From: Bacillota bacterium
GTDB lineage: Bacteria > Bacillota > Sulfobacillia > Fermentithermobacillales > Fermentithermobacillaceae
NCBI GenBank assembly: GCA_040766745.1
Contig: JAXGPX010000001.1
Coordinates: 432,065-496,064, forward strand
Length of the DNA: 64,000 nucleotides
Direction of reading: 5' to 3'
Numbering within the stretch: position 1 is the stretch's first letter; each line of letters starts with the position of its first letter. Of this stretch, positions 18,660 to 29,402 are shown in pieces. The notes below the pieces were generated by a model. That model saw only the letters and a program-made list of their open reading frames with translations. It ran no database searches and was not told where the DNA came from. Both the position numbers and the translations under genes were made by a program.

Positions 18660-21356
18660 CTATGATAGACCGGTTTCAGTGCTTTGGAGTTCTTTCAAAA
18701 GCCTGCCTAGTTCGTCCATGGTTCTTCCGTAACCTGCCCAATCTCCGTTTCTAAGCTGGCTCTGAGCTTCTGTCCATAGCTCGTTTGCCCTCTTGATTAG
18801 GCCGGCCAGGTCTGTATCTTCTATTCCAGGGCCCTGGGGAGTCTCAACTACCGCCCCTAAAAGCTTGTTCAGGGCATCTTCCACTGTAGTTCCCATGACT
18901 ACCTTGCCTCCTGCGTACATCAAGATACGCTTGAGTTCAGGTATTTTGACTTTGTCAGCCTGAATATACAAGGGTTCTACATACAAGAATGAACCGTCCA
19001 TAGGAATTGTAAGAAGGTTTCCCCTGATTACCTGAGAACCAACTTGCCCCCAAAGTGTCATAGCTTCAGAAATGCCCGGGTTCTGTGCGATCAACGACTC
19101 GACCTGCATTGGCCCAGGTATATGTTTGTCTTTGGGCAATCTGTATAGAACCATTTCCCCATAGTGATCAGGGTCACACCTTACTGCGAGCCAGGCTGTC
19201 ATATTGGGCTTTCCCCTGGGCGTAAAAGGTGTAATCTGAATATATTCAGCTGCCGCTTCTCCGGGCAATGAAAGTACAAGGTAATAAGGTTCTACAGGCT
19301 TCTCCTGACTGCCGTAAATCTCAGCAGGAATCTCCCAGTAGTCTTCTTTATTATAGTAAACCTGAGGGTCTGTCATATGATAGGTAGTTAGCATTCTGGT
19401 TTGCACAGTGAACATATCTTGAGGAAACCGGATATGATTAAGCAGTTCTGTGGGCATTTCTCCCAGGGGTTTGATCAACCCCGGGAATATCTTCTCGTAT
19501 GTTTTTAGGATCGGGTCAGTGTCATCGGCTGCGTAAAATGTAACTTTGCCATTGTATGCGTCGACAACAACTTTGACTGCATTTCTCATGTAATTTACTC
19601 TCAAGACGCTGTCAGGTTGGCTGTAGGGGTAATTTGACGATACCGTATAGCCATCAATGAACCAGTGCAGCCTACCTTCGGCAAGGACCAGGTATGGGTC
19701 TTGATCATACAAGAAAAACGGCGCAATTGCCCTTGCTCTGTCTATAATGTTCCTGTTCATGATTACCCTTGATTCCGGTGACAGAGCTCCTGATACTAGA
19801 ATCTGGTAATCCCTAAATCTCGTCATAAAGGCAAGCTTCCTTAGAAAACCGCCTAACCTGATACCAGCTTCTCCTTTGTAGAACGTAGGTTCTATGGATT
19901 GAGAATCGAGTTTTGGGTAGTCAAACTCAGGTTCCTTAGTGTTGACGATCACGTAATGGTTGGTAAGCTCTCCGAAATACAGTTCAGGACGGTTGAGGGA
20001 AAGATCCGTCGTTGTCTTAGGCGGTACATCCATAAAATAGAATGCCGGCATACCTTCGCGGGTAACATCACGTGAAGGACTCATTACCATACCGTAGCCA
20101 TGAGTATATTTTAGGTGCAGGTTTACCCAGGTCCTGGCATCTGCAGGCAGTTGATTTATGTCCAGTTCCCTGGGTGAAAGCAAAACCTGCCGCAGGCTGC
20201 CGTTAACGGTATACCTGTCAATATCTACATCGTTGAACTTGTAGTACATTCGGATTTCCTGGACCTGGCTGAAAGTATCTTTCAGTACCCGGTAGTCCCA
20301 CAGCCTCAAGTTATCAATAGTGCCAGGGTTCTTCTCAACGTCGTCTCTGGTAAGCGAGTCATCTGCAGGATACTCGATAATGTCTATTTCATTCAGGCCA
20401 AAGGCATCTCTTGTAAATTGAATGTTCTTTTCAATGAAGGGGACTTCATAGGCGATTTCATTGGGTGATACAGTGAATTGCTGGATAAATGACGGATAGG
20501 CGTAACCTATCAAGAACGACATTACTACCAACCCTAGCGCCGCATAGCCAATCCAGCGGAAATTCCGCATCATGAGCCCAAGCAATGAGAAGGCGACTCC
20601 TATTAGGGCGGCCGCTATCAGCCCCTTGTATGCCGGTACCTGGGCGTGGATGTCGGTATAAGAGGCTCCGAAGGCAACTCCCCTTGGAGAGTACATTAGG
20701 TTCCATATGTTGATCTTGTAGTACCAGGCTCTCAAGGCAAATAGGATGGCTGCCAGGACTGAAATGTGTATACGTGCACGTTTTGCTGCCAGTACTCTTC
20801 TGCCTCCAAAACGCAAATCGCCAAAGATAAAGTAGATTACGCCCGAAAGGATCAAAGCTGCAATAAAAGCAACCCACAGGTGCTGCTGCAGGAGGCTAAT
20901 AAAGGGTAGGTTGAAAATGTAGAAACCTACGTCCTTGCCGAAAAAAGGGTCATTTATGTTAAATGGAGTGGCATTCAAATGAGCCAGGATCATATGCCAC
21001 TGGTTATAGCCTGACAAACCTCCAAGGATTCCTACTATGACGGAAGCCAGTAGGATCCAGCGGACGATTCTTTCAGGGGCTCGAATGGGAACGGGCATGA
21101 TTAGCCCTCCCACTATGTTTAGGTCGCGTCTCTGCCATACGGCTGCCAGCAAGTTCGTAAAGGCTACCAGGAAAAAGATCAGTCCGCCTGCAAGAGCCAC
21201 GAGCCACCTTGCCCTTACAATAGTCCAAAATACAGAACTATAGCCTACTTCACTAAACCACAACACATCGGTATAGAACTTGGCTATACCGGTTGAAGCC
21301 AATGCTATGGCTACAGCTATACCTATAAGAATCCAAAACCATCTCTGCGCAGGCAT
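18660..21356 (-). CDS. UPF0182-family large polytopic membrane protein (898 aa)
   Basis: About 7 N-terminal TM helices followed by a large soluble region. The overall pattern (WFSEVGY..., YYKFNDVDIDRY, HLKYTHGYGMV) matches the conserved uncharacterised UPF0182 family. Confidence 0.8.
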   Translation of the reverse strand: MPAQRWFWILIGIAVAIALASTGIAKFYTDVLWFSEVGYSSVFWTIVRARWLVALAGGLIFFLVAFTNLLAAVWQRRDLNIVGGLIMPVPIRAPERIVRWILLASVIVGILGGLSGYNQWHMILAHLNATPFNINDPFFGKDVGFYIFNLPFISLLQQHLWVAFIAALILSGVIYFIFGDLRFGGRRVLAAKRARIHISVLAAILFALRAWYYKINIWNLMYSPRGVAFGASYTDIHAQVPAYKGLIAAALIGVAFSLLGLMMRNFRWIGYAALGLVVMSFLIGYAYPSFIQQFTVSPNEIAYEVPFIEKNIQFTRDAFGLNEIDIIEYPADDSLTRDDVEKNPGTIDNLRLWDYRVLKDTFSQVQEIRMYYKFNDVDIDRYTVNGSLRQVLLSPRELDINQLPADARTWVNLHLKYTHGYGMVMSPSRDVTREGMPAFYFMDVPPKTTTDLSLNRPELYFGELTNHYVIVNTKEPEFDYPKLDSQSIEPTFYKGEAGIRLGGFLRKLAFMTRFRDYQILVSGALSPESRVIMNRNIIDRARAIAPFFLYDQDPYLVLAEGRLHWFIDGYTVSSNYPYSQPDSVLRVNYMRNAVKVVVDAYNGKVTFYAADDTDPILKTYEKIFPGLIKPLGEMPTELLNHIRFPQDMFTVQTRMLTTYHMTDPQVYYNKEDYWEIPAEIYGSQEKPVEPYYLVLSLPGEAAAEYIQITPFTPRGKPNMTAWLAVRCDPDHYGEMVLYRLPKDKHIPGPMQVESLIAQNPGISEAMTLWGQVGSQVIRGNLLTIPMDGSFLYVEPLYIQADKVKIPELKRILMYAGGKVVMGTTVEDALNKLLGAVVETPQGPGIEDTDLAGLIKRANELWTEAQSQLRNGDWAGYGRTMDELGRLLKELQSTETGLS

Positions 21357-21379
21357 TCGGGAATCAAGCCCCCTTCCTT

Positions 21380-22735
21380 TTATGCTCTGTCAGCAAGAGT
21401 CCGTTCCCACATGTCCAGATATTCTTGTTTTGTCATAAGCGGTTGGAATTCATCAACTATTCGCCTTCCGCGGGCTGCATCGTTCCACAAGAGGTCTATT
21501 GCTGTAAGCGCAAGAAGATTGGCCGGCAGTACATAGGCAGTTTCCGGATCATCAACCACATATTCTTCAGAATGGCCTGCACCCTTAGCACCCCCGCATG
21601 ATGGATGAATAGCAGGCAGTATATGCATTATGTCTCCTATGTCTGAGGATCCTGCGCCATGGCTGCCTGTATCTATCATATGTTCTCCCACTAGGCTTGC
21701 AGCATTTGCTCTAAATACTTCGTCCAAGGCCTGGCAGCTGCGCCTGGGCAGGTAACCTGGGATGTCGTCGATTTCCACTACCGCTCCTATGGCATGTGCC
21801 CCTGACTTTAGGGCTCTTGTTACTTTCTTGTTTGCATCCATGATTGCCTCAAGAGATTTTCCCCTTACATATGTCTCCATCCTGACGTCTGCCGGAATGA
21901 CGTTAACAAGATCTCCGCCTTTTGTGATAATTGGATGTACCCTTATATGATCTTCGTCTCTAAATGTCTCTCTTTGCAGGTGAATTCCCATGAGCCCCAG
22001 AAGCGCCGCATTGAGGGCATTGATCCCTACATGGGGCGCCGCCCCTGCGTGGGACTCTTTGCCCTTGTACCGTATGAGCTTGCCGACAAAACCATTGGAA
22101 GTTCCACCTACTATGACTTTCTTGTCGGGCCCAAGGGCGGCCATATGAATCATCATTGCCATGTCTACGTCATCAAAGAATCCTTTGGCCAGAAGTTCTT
22201 GCTTACCTCCAAGGAACTGTATCTTGCCACCTTTCCTTAGCTTCTGCCTGTATTCTACTTCCACATACTCTTCAGCCGGCACTCCCAGAAAAGTAACCTT
22301 ACCGGAAAGGAATTCCATAGCACCCGAGTTTACGAGGCCTATGGCTGAACCTATCATTGAGGCCACCTGCCCGTTGTGGCCGCATGCATGTGCTGCACCT
22401 GTTAGAGGGTCTGCGTTTGGGTGGCCCGGACATACAACGGCGTCAAGTTCTCCCATAATGCATAGGTTTGGCCCGTCTTTCCCTGAAGGCAGTACTCCGG
22501 AAACACCGGTTATCCCAAGGCCGTCTTGTATTTCAAGATTCAGTTTGGAAAATGCTTGCTTTACGAGATTTGAAGTCCTGACCTCCTTATAGCCAAGTTC
22601 CGGATGAGCCATTATATCTTGTCCCAGATCTATAATTTTCTTCCGGTTTTTGTCTATTTCGTCAAGGACTATCTCTTTTAGTTTTTCTTTAGTCATGTAA
22701 TAATGTGCCTGCCTTTCATCTACTGTGGCGTACAT
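21380..22735 (-). CDS. M20-family amidohydrolase/peptidase
   Basis: Metal-binding pattern of M20D-type amidohydrolases (AHACGHNG..., GVPAEE...). The start is uncertain: ATG 22735 or ATG 22696. Confidence 0.78.
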   Translation of the reverse strand: MYATVDERQAHYYMTKEKLKEIVLDEIDKNRKKIIDLGQDIMAHPELGYKEVRTSNLVKQAFSKLNLEIQDGLGITGVSGVLPSGKDGPNLCIMGELDAVVCPGHPNADPLTGAAHACGHNGQVASMIGSAIGLVNSGAMEFLSGKVTFLGVPAEEYVEVEYRQKLRKGGKIQFLGGKQELLAKGFFDDVDMAMMIHMAALGPDKKVIVGGTSNGFVGKLIRYKGKESHAGAAPHVGINALNAALLGLMGIHLQRETFRDEDHIRVHPIITKGGDLVNVIPADVRMETYVRGKSLEAIMDANKKVTRALKSGAHAIGAVVEIDDIPGYLPRRSCQALDEVFRANAASLVGEHMIDTGSHGAGSSDIGDIMHILPAIHPSCGGAKGAGHSEEYVVDDPETAYVLPANLLALTAIDLLWNDAARGRRIVDEFQPLMTKQEYLDMWERTLADRA

Positions 22736-22789
22736 ATACGTCTTTCTATTTGGGCCCTTGTGTTTCCTCCAAAGCCAAACATAATCTTA

Positions 22790-22819
22790 GAGCGCCTGGT
22801 TTGTGCCGGCCAGGCGCTC
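22790..22819 (-). terminator. 10-bp GC hairpin between hutU and the M20 gene
   Basis: GAGCGCCTGG (22790-22799) pairs with CCAGGCGCTC (22810-22819). There is no clear U-tract on either strand. Confidence 0.35.
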
Positions 22820-22872
22820 TAAAAGTTCCCTGTAGAGAAGCAAGCTATACCAGGTATATCCTGTATGCCCTT

Positions 22873-24516
22873 TTACTTCAACATAGGCATGGCAATTTGG
22901 CCTCGTTTTGCCGTTTCAATGGCCTTTTCATATCCGGCATCAGCATGGCGGACAACACCCATTCCAGGGTCAGTGTTCAGTACTCTTCTAAGTCTCCAAT
23001 CAGCATCTTCAGTTCCGTCAGCTACAACCACCATTCCAGCGTGAATCGATAGTCCGATACCGACTCCGCCTCCGTGGTGTACAGAAATCCAGCTGGCTCC
23101 TGATACCGCATTAACCAGGGCGTTTAGAATGGGCCAGTCTGCAATGGCATCAGAGCCGTCTTTCATCCCCTCGGTTTCACGGTAAGGCGATGCAACAGAC
23201 CCAGTATCCAGGTGATCTCTGCCAATTACAATCGGAGCTTTGAGAATGCCATCTCTTACCATTTCATTAATCTTCAGGCCGAACTTGACCCGTTCACCAT
23301 AACCAAGCCAGCATACTCTTGATGGAAGCCCCTCAAAGGGCACGTCCTTTTCAGCCTTTGTGATCCAGCGCCTTAGACTCCTGTTTTCAGGGAACAGCTC
23401 TAAGACTGCCTGATCAGTCTTGAGGATATCTTCAGGGTCACCGGATAAAGCCGCCCATCTGAATGGGCCCCTTCCCTCACAGAACAATGGCCGGATGTAC
23501 GCCGGGACAAATCCGGGATACGCAAAGGCGTCTTTGAATCCGGCTTCCAGGGCTTGCCCTCTTAGGTTGTTGCCGTAGTCAAATACTATAGAACCACGGT
23601 TCTGCATTTCAACCATGGCTTCACAATGACGTCTCATTGATTCCATTGAACGTTTTAGATACTCACTATGATTCTCTTTCCTCAAAACAAGGGCTTCTTG
23701 GAAGCTCATGCCTCCGGGAACATACCCGTTAAGAGGATCGTGGGCTGAGGTTTGGTCAGTTACTACGTCGGGCATAATACCTCGCTTGACAAGTTCAGGA
23801 TGGATGTCAGACGCGTTTCCTTCGAGGGCTATTGAAAGAGGCTTACCCTCAGCCATGGCTTGCCTGGCCATGGCAATGGCATCGTCAAGGTTCTTTGCTA
23901 CGGTATCTACATAGCCGATGTCATGCCGCCTCTTAATACGTGCAGGTTCCACCTCGACAATAATGCCTACACCTTCGTTCATTGTAATTGCCAGGGGCTG
24001 GGCACCCCCCATTCCACCCAGTCCTGCAGTCAAAACCAGCCTACCTTTAAGAGTGCCTCCAAAATGCCTGTCTGCAAGTGAAGCAAGGGTTTCGTATGTA
24101 CCCTGAAGTATTCCTTGAGTGCCAATGTATATCCAGCTTCCGGCAGTCATTTGGCCATACATAGTCAAGCCCTTTGCCTCAAGTTTCCAGAAATCTTCCC
24201 AGGTTGCCCAATGAGGCACCAACATTGCGTTGGAAATAAGCACTCTTGGTGCAAATTTATGAGTCGGGAAAACCGCCACAGGCTTTCCGGATTGCACAAG
24301 GAGAGTTTCTTCATTTCCAAGGTCACGAAGTGCATTCACAATGGCTTCATAGCAGTCCCAGTTCCTGGCGGCTTTGCCTGTCCCTCCGTATACAATAAGC
24401 TCGTCAGGTTTTTCAGCATTCTCAAGGTTATTCATAAGCATACGAAGGGCAGCTTCTTGTTGCCATCCTTTACAACTGAGAGCAGTACCTCTGGGAGCCT
24501 TAATGGAATTCTTCAT
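22873..24516 (-). CDS. hutU: Urocanate hydratase
   Basis: 547 aa, with the NAD-binding [12 protein letters not shown] motif and the conserved C-terminal pattern HADAGYE. Confidence 0.95.
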   Translation of the reverse strand: MKNSIKAPRGTALSCKGWQQEAALRMLMNNLENAEKPDELIVYGGTGKAARNWDCYEAIVNALRDLGNEETLLVQSGKPVAVFPTHKFAPRVLISNAMLVPHWATWEDFWKLEAKGLTMYGQMTAGSWIYIGTQGILQGTYETLASLADRHFGGTLKGRLVLTAGLGGMGGAQPLAITMNEGVGIIVEVEPARIKRRHDIGYVDTVAKNLDDAIAMARQAMAEGKPLSIALEGNASDIHPELVKRGIMPDVVTDQTSAHDPLNGYVPGGMSFQEALVLRKENHSEYLKRSMESMRRHCEAMVEMQNRGSIVFDYGNNLRGQALEAGFKDAFAYPGFVPAYIRPLFCEGRGPFRWAALSGDPEDILKTDQAVLELFPENRSLRRWITKAEKDVPFEGLPSRVCWLGYGERVKFGLKINEMVRDGILKAPIVIGRDHLDTGSVASPYRETEGMKDGSDAIADWPILNALVNAVSGASWISVHHGGGVGIGLSIHAGMVVVADGTEDADWRLRRVLNTDPGMGVVRHADAGYEKAIETAKRGQIAMPMLK

Positions 24517-24589
24517 AAAGCAGCGTCCTCCCTTTCAGTTGCACATGAATAGGGCCTCTTGGCCTATTCCTTATTCTTACTATGTTCCA

Positions 24590-25393
24590 TCACCTAATAA
24601 ATTTCTCGACTATTTCAAGAACTCCTTCAGCAAACTCGTGGCCGGAGACATAAGGTACATTTCTTTTAACCAGTTCATGAGCGTTTTTGACAGCGGCTTT
24701 CATTCCGGACCACATAAGCATGTCAAGGTCATTCAGCCCGTCGCCAATGGAAAGGACCTCATTTCTGTAGATGTCCATAGATCCGGCAAGGAATTCAAGG
24801 GCCTTGGCCTTTGATACTCCCGGCGGTTGAATTTCCAGCAAATGTGGTAGGCTCTTGAGCACGGCAATTTTTGGTTGCCATCGTGAGTGCAATTCTGACA
24901 ATATACGATCAGCCTTTTCAGGAGGCACTCTCAGGACAATTTGAGTTGGGTGCCCCTGGATCTCTCTTGTAGAATCAACAGTCCTTATGACATAGCCCAA
25001 AACCTCAGAATACCTTGCTGTTTCAGGCCCTTTCACATCTGTGTACATATGTTTCCCTACCAGGAAGTAAAAAGGGTAACCAAGCTTCTTAAGATCCAGA
25101 GCAATATTCTGAGCTACCCCTCTGTCTATGGTTTTTTCATATATTGGCGGCTCTCCAATCCGGGCAATAAGAGCGCCGCCGTTTGTAATCGCCGGTTCAT
25201 CTAGGCCCAGGGCCTCAAGGTACTTTTCTGCAGCGCCAAAGGCCCTTCCGGTTGCCGCTGTAACCCTGATTCCGCGTTTGCGGCAAAAATCAAGGGCCTG
25301 TCTGGCCACGTCAATGCCATGACCTCCAGGCCCTATAAGTGTTCCGTCAATGTCGCATGCTACCAGCCTTATTCTTTGTTTTCCGGTACCCAT
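24590..25393 (-). CDS. Cof-type HAD-IIB phosphatase
   Basis: HAD motif I ACDIDGTL and motif IV GDGLNDLDM. The ATG at 25393 has AGGAGG 9 nt upstream. Confidence 0.8.
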   Translation of the reverse strand: MGTGKQRIRLVACDIDGTLIGPGGHGIDVARQALDFCRKRGIRVTAATGRAFGAAEKYLEALGLDEPAITNGGALIARIGEPPIYEKTIDRGVAQNIALDLKKLGYPFYFLVGKHMYTDVKGPETARYSEVLGYVIRTVDSTREIQGHPTQIVLRVPPEKADRILSELHSRWQPKIAVLKSLPHLLEIQPPGVSKAKALEFLAGSMDIYRNEVLSIGDGLNDLDMLMWSGMKAAVKNAHELVKRNVPYVSGHEFAEGVLEIVEKFIR

Positions 25394-25439
25394 GGCAATT
25401 CGCCTCCTGTTTCCTCCCAAGGCCTGTTTACCCCGCTGC

Positions 25440-25808
25440 CTATTGCTTTGCCATGTTAATGATTCTTGGCCCTAGTTTCTCTATGGTTTTTTGCATTTCC
25501 ATGGCTATTTGCCCAACGTCCTCTGTGTTGTAGACGACAGACATGTAGTAAATGCAGTCGCCTTTTATGCCAAAGAAGCCTGGCCCTCCCATTTCCCCGT
25601 TTCGCCTCAACAGATAGTCCATAAGAGCCAGTGACGTCTCACGTCTTCCCCAGAGTTTCATGACAGGCAGTTCTAATATGGCACGTTCATCACAGGCTCG
25701 AACGGAAATTTCGCAACAGCCTTTTTCGATCTTGATATAGCCTGAATTCTGATCTGTAACAGAAAACCCCATTTCCCTGAAGGTTTCTGCACTAAACAAG
25801 GTATTCAC
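25440..25808 (-). CDS. Hypothetical small cytoplasmic protein (possibly YbjN/T3SS-chaperone-like fold)
   Basis: 122-aa ORF with a GTG start and GGAGAGGTG 7 nt upstream. The family assignment is only an impression. Confidence 0.5.
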   Translation of the reverse strand: MNTLFSAETFREMGFSVTDQNSGYIKIEKGCCEISVRACDERAILELPVMKLWGRRETSLALMDYLLRRNGEMGGPGFFGIKGDCIYYMSVVYNTEDVGQIAMEMQKTIEKLGPRIINMAKQ

Positions 25809-25879
25809 ATGTTGTCACCTCTCCTGAATATTGAACCCGATCCAGTATAGACGATATACTGGAATTTGCGAGGTGGGCC

Positions 25880-27604
25880 ATGTTGGACGGAATATCACTC
25901 TATGCTATACGCCGTGATCTCGAAAGATACCTTCCCATGAAGGTGCAGAAAATCTACCACCCTTCTGGGAAGGAACTGCTTTTTGCCTTGTGGAGCAGGG
26001 AGGCAAAGGGTGATCTTGTAGTATCCCAGGAAGGAAATGTCCCGTTTCTAGGGTTTGTCAGCCAGAGGCCTGAGATGCCCAAAGTTGCGTCGGGGATATG
26101 CATTGGCCTTAGAAATCGCCTTGAAGGTGGAGTATTACACCAAGTCCGCCAGGAAGGTATGGATAGAATCATCTACTGCGACTTTACCGGCCACGATGAT
26201 TTTGGTTCTCCTGTTGAATACACTCTTGTCCTTGATGGAGCAGGCAGCGGTGGCGGCATTGGCCTTCTTGAAAATGGAACTGTGATATTGGCGATTCCTA
26301 CCAGGAACCGCCGGTTTGATCCAGGTGAGCCATATGTCCCACCTGAATCAGGCAAGTGGAATCTACTATCTGAAAGTGATATGTCAGATCTAGCCTCTGA
26401 GATTTGCAGCAAGCAAGAGCCCGCGTATAAGAGTCTCGTTTCGCACATCGACGGCCTGGGAAAGGACCTCGCCCTTAGCATAGTGGCGAAAATGGGCCTC
26501 TCCCGAGGCGAGCCTTTTGCTCCCGACAATAGGCTGAGCTTGTGTGATATCCTTACCGAAATACGAAATTCCCTGGTTTCAGCGAGTTTCTGCCCTGCAC
26601 TTTACTTTCGGCAGTCAGGAGAGCCTGTATTTGGAGTTTTTCCTTTGTACCACCTTGAGCGAGGGGAGGATTTCGGCTCTTTGTTTGAAGGTGTTGCTGC
26701 ATACAGGGCTTATGCGGCCCATTTTAGCGAGTATACTGTTTTGGAATCACGGGTTAGGTCTATTCACAAGGCGATTAAGAATAAGGTCATGTCCAGATTC
26801 ATGGCCCAGAAACAGGATTTAGATAAGGCACTGGAATTTGAGAAATTCAGGATTTGGGCTGAACTTATAAACTCAACAGGTAAGGAACTTCCCGGCGGAC
26901 ATGATGAAATCAAGGTGCTTAATTACTATAAGGAACCTCCTGAGGAAATCTACATCCCTCTCGACCCAAGATTTTCATCACGAGAAAATGCCAGAAGGTA
27001 CTACTCGAAATATGCCAAACTCAAGAGAACTCAGAAGGTTTTAGAAACTTCACTGAAAGAAGCAGCAGCCAGGTTTGAGCGGTTGTCAGTAATAGAGGGC
27101 CTTCTTGACCGGGAAAATGATGTAGATAGTTTGCTCCTCATCCAGGAACAGCTTGTGAAAGTCGCCCGTGAGGCGGATGTAAGGATTCCCAGGGCCAGGC
27201 GAAGGACAGAAACAAAGATATCCAAACACAGGGTTCCTGCCCACGGCCCCAAGGAGTCAGTGGACATGATACACGGTGCTGATGGCGCTATTGCGTATGC
27301 CGGCACCAATGCCAGGGCTAACGATTATCTTGTAAGGCACGTGAGGAAACCAGGTGACATATGGCTCCATGCAAAAGGTATGCGCGGAGCCCATGTTCTG
27401 CTTCGAATTTCCCCCGGCAATGTCTTGACCGCAGATCATCTAGATTGGGCTGCAGGCATAGCCGCCCAGAGGTCAGAAGCTGCAGGGGCAGGAAAGGTTG
27501 AAGTTGACTGGGTTGACGCTGCAAATGTCAGGAAACCCGGAGGGAGCCCCCCGGGTTTCGTAACGTACAAGGGTGCAAAGACACTTGTAGTCAAAATTGT
27601 CTAG
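25880..27604 (+). CDS. rqcH: Ribosome quality-control protein RqcH (NFACT family, fibronectin-binding protein A-like)
   Basis: NFACT-N domain, a central coiled coil and a C-terminal NFACT-R/DUF814 domain (DIWLHAKGMRGAHVLL). 574 aa, typical of Firmicute RqcH. Confidence 0.85.
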   Translation: MLDGISLYAIRRDLERYLPMKVQKIYHPSGKELLFALWSREAKGDLVVSQEGNVPFLGFVSQRPEMPKVASGICIGLRNRLEGGVLHQVRQEGMDRIIYCDFTGHDDFGSPVEYTLVLDGAGSGGGIGLLENGTVILAIPTRNRRFDPGEPYVPPESGKWNLLSESDMSDLASEICSKQEPAYKSLVSHIDGLGKDLALSIVAKMGLSRGEPFAPDNRLSLCDILTEIRNSLVSASFCPALYFRQSGEPVFGVFPLYHLERGEDFGSLFEGVAAYRAYAAHFSEYTVLESRVRSIHKAIKNKVMSRFMAQKQDLDKALEFEKFRIWAELINSTGKELPGGHDEIKVLNYYKEPPEEIYIPLDPRFSSRENARRYYSKYAKLKRTQKVLETSLKEAAARFERLSVIEGLLDRENDVDSLLLIQEQLVKVAREADVRIPRARRRTETKISKHRVPAHGPKESVDMIHGADGAIAYAGTNARANDYLVRHVRKPGDIWLHAKGMRGAHVLLRISPGNVLTADHLDWAAGIAAQRSEAAGAGKVEVDWVDAANVRKPGGSPPGFVTYKGAKTLVVKIV

Positions 27605-28572
27605 CTGCGCCTGCCATCATCTTTGTTACTTCCGGAATCCTGGGTTGTTTGGGCCTCCGGCTTCCAGGCCGCCCCTACAAGGGTTTGCAAAGCACTTATG
27701 CCATGTGAATCGCAGTATTGCTCAAGCCCTTTGACTATTTTAATTGGGGCCGCAGGATCTACCAAGACACCGGTTCCAACGGCAACGGCTGATGCTCCTG
27801 CCATGATGAACTCCAGGGCATCATCGGAAGTTGATACTCCTCCCATTCCGATAACAGGTACAGAAACGGCCTGGGAGACTTCCCACACACACCTAAGCGC
27901 TACAGGCTTTATGGCAGGGCCTGACAGGCCTCCTTTGATATTTCCCAATACAGGTTTCCTGGCTCTTATGTCTATGGCCATTCCTACCAGAGTGTTAACT
28001 AAGGAAATGACGTCTGCCCCGCCTTCTGCAGCCGCCCGTGCAATTGCACCTATGTCCTGGACATTGGGAGTTAGTTTCACAATCAGCGGCCCGTCCCAGT
28101 TATGCCTCACTGCCCTGGTTGCTCTGTAGCAAGACCTGGGGTCAGTACCAAAGGCCATGCCTCCTGCACTCACATTTGGGCATGAAACGTTGACTTCTAT
28201 GGCAGATACATGAGGAGAGCCGGAAAACATACGGGAAATCTCGGCAAATTCGTCGTAGGAGTCTCCAGAAATGTTAACGATAATTGGCACACCGAACCGG
28301 GCCAGCCAGGGCAGTTTCTCATCGATTACGGCTCTTGCGCCCGGGTTTTCAAGGCCAATGGAATTAAGGAGTCCGTAAGGGGTCTCGCAAATTCTTGGAG
28401 GTGCATTTCCCTTCCTTGGGCGTAAGGTAGTCCCTTTGACGGTTACAGCCCCAAACCAGCCAATATCCCCTGCCCGGGCGTATTCTTCGCCGTAGCCAAA
28501 CACACCCGAGGCCGCAATAACAGGGTTCTTGATAACCAGGCCGGCTAAATTACATGACAGATCCATCCTCAC
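27601..28572 (-). CDS. pyrD: Dihydroorotate dehydrogenase B, catalytic subunit
   Basis: Class 1B DHODH pattern (NPVIAASGVFGYG, GLENPG, NVSCPN, GGV). It is coupled (ATGA) to the upstream pyrK. Confidence 0.93.
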   Translation of the reverse strand: MRMDLSCNLAGLVIKNPVIAASGVFGYGEEYARAGDIGWFGAVTVKGTTLRPRKGNAPPRICETPYGLLNSIGLENPGARAVIDEKLPWLARFGVPIIVNISGDSYDEFAEISRMFSGSPHVSAIEVNVSCPNVSAGGMAFGTDPRSCYRATRAVRHNWDGPLIVKLTPNVQDIGAIARAAAEGGADVISLVNTLVGMAIDIRARKPVLGNIKGGLSGPAIKPVALRCVWEVSQAVSVPVIGMGGVSTSDDALEFIMAGASAVAVGTGVLVDPAAPIKIVKGLEQYCDSHGISALQTLVGAAWKPEAQTTQDSGSNKDDGRRS

Positions 28573-29402
28573 TCACTCTCCAGGTCAACGTTGTCTGCGA
28601 GAAACACCGGGCCGTCTGTGCATACATGATAGTATCCTTCCTTAGAGGCGCCGGAAGCTCTGGCGGCGCATCCCTGACACAATCCATAACCGCAAGCCAT
28701 TCGTTCTTCAAGGGAGATAAAGAGCGGGGCTCCCACTTTTCTGAAGATTTGCTTGACCTGTTTGAGCATAGGTTTCGGCCCGCAGGCAATTGCCGCTGTA
28801 TCTTCTGCCCGGCAATGGCTTTGCCCAAGGGGTAACAAGTGTTCTTTCAGCAAATCTGTGGCCAGTCCTTTTACGCCCTCGCTTCCGTCTTCAGTAGCCA
28901 GGAATACCTGGCAGCCTTTGTTTCTCAAGCAAGCTGTATCCATGAGTTGGTTTGCAGATTTTACACCATAGAATAGCAATACGTTTGTGCCCTTTTTCCG
29001 GGCAATTGATGCAAGGGGCAAGAGAGGAGCCAGCCCGGTTCCGCCTGCGATCAAAACAAGGTTACTTCTGCATTCCAACTTGCTCATATCCATGCCGTTC
29101 CCAAGAGGGCCCAAGACGTTGACAGTCTGCCCCGGTGTCCACTCAGACATTATCCTGGTGCCAAGCCCGACTACAGCCCATGTTATTTCGATGGCCCCTG
29201 TTTCTGAATCGATTGCAGACAAGCCAAAAGGCCTTCTTAGTAAGGGGGCCCCCTCTTCTCTTACCATTACGTTCACAAACTGCATGGGCTTTGACCTTGA
29301 AGCAATTTGCGGCGCGTGTAAAATGGCTTTATATACATTTCCTTGAGCCTTATCTATGGAGATCAGCCGGGCCTTTACATCGAATACTTCCCTGGAACTC
29401 AT
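28569..29402 (-). CDS. pyrK: Dihydroorotate dehydrogenase B, electron-transfer subunit
   Basis: FAD/NAD-binding ferredoxin-reductase fold plus the 2Fe-2S cysteines CGYGLCQGCA...C. The ATG at 29402 overlaps the pyrC stop (ATGA). The longer ORF-track start would overlap pyrC by 79 nt. Confidence 0.9.
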   Translation of the reverse strand: MSSREVFDVKARLISIDKAQGNVYKAILHAPQIASRSKPMQFVNVMVREEGAPLLRRPFGLSAIDSETGAIEITWAVVGLGTRIMSEWTPGQTVNVLGPLGNGMDMSKLECRSNLVLIAGGTGLAPLLPLASIARKKGTNVLLFYGVKSANQLMDTACLRNKGCQVFLATEDGSEGVKGLATDLLKEHLLPLGQSHCRAEDTAAIACGPKPMLKQVKQIFRKVGAPLFISLEERMACGYGLCQGCAARASGASKEGYYHVCTDGPVFLADNVDLESE

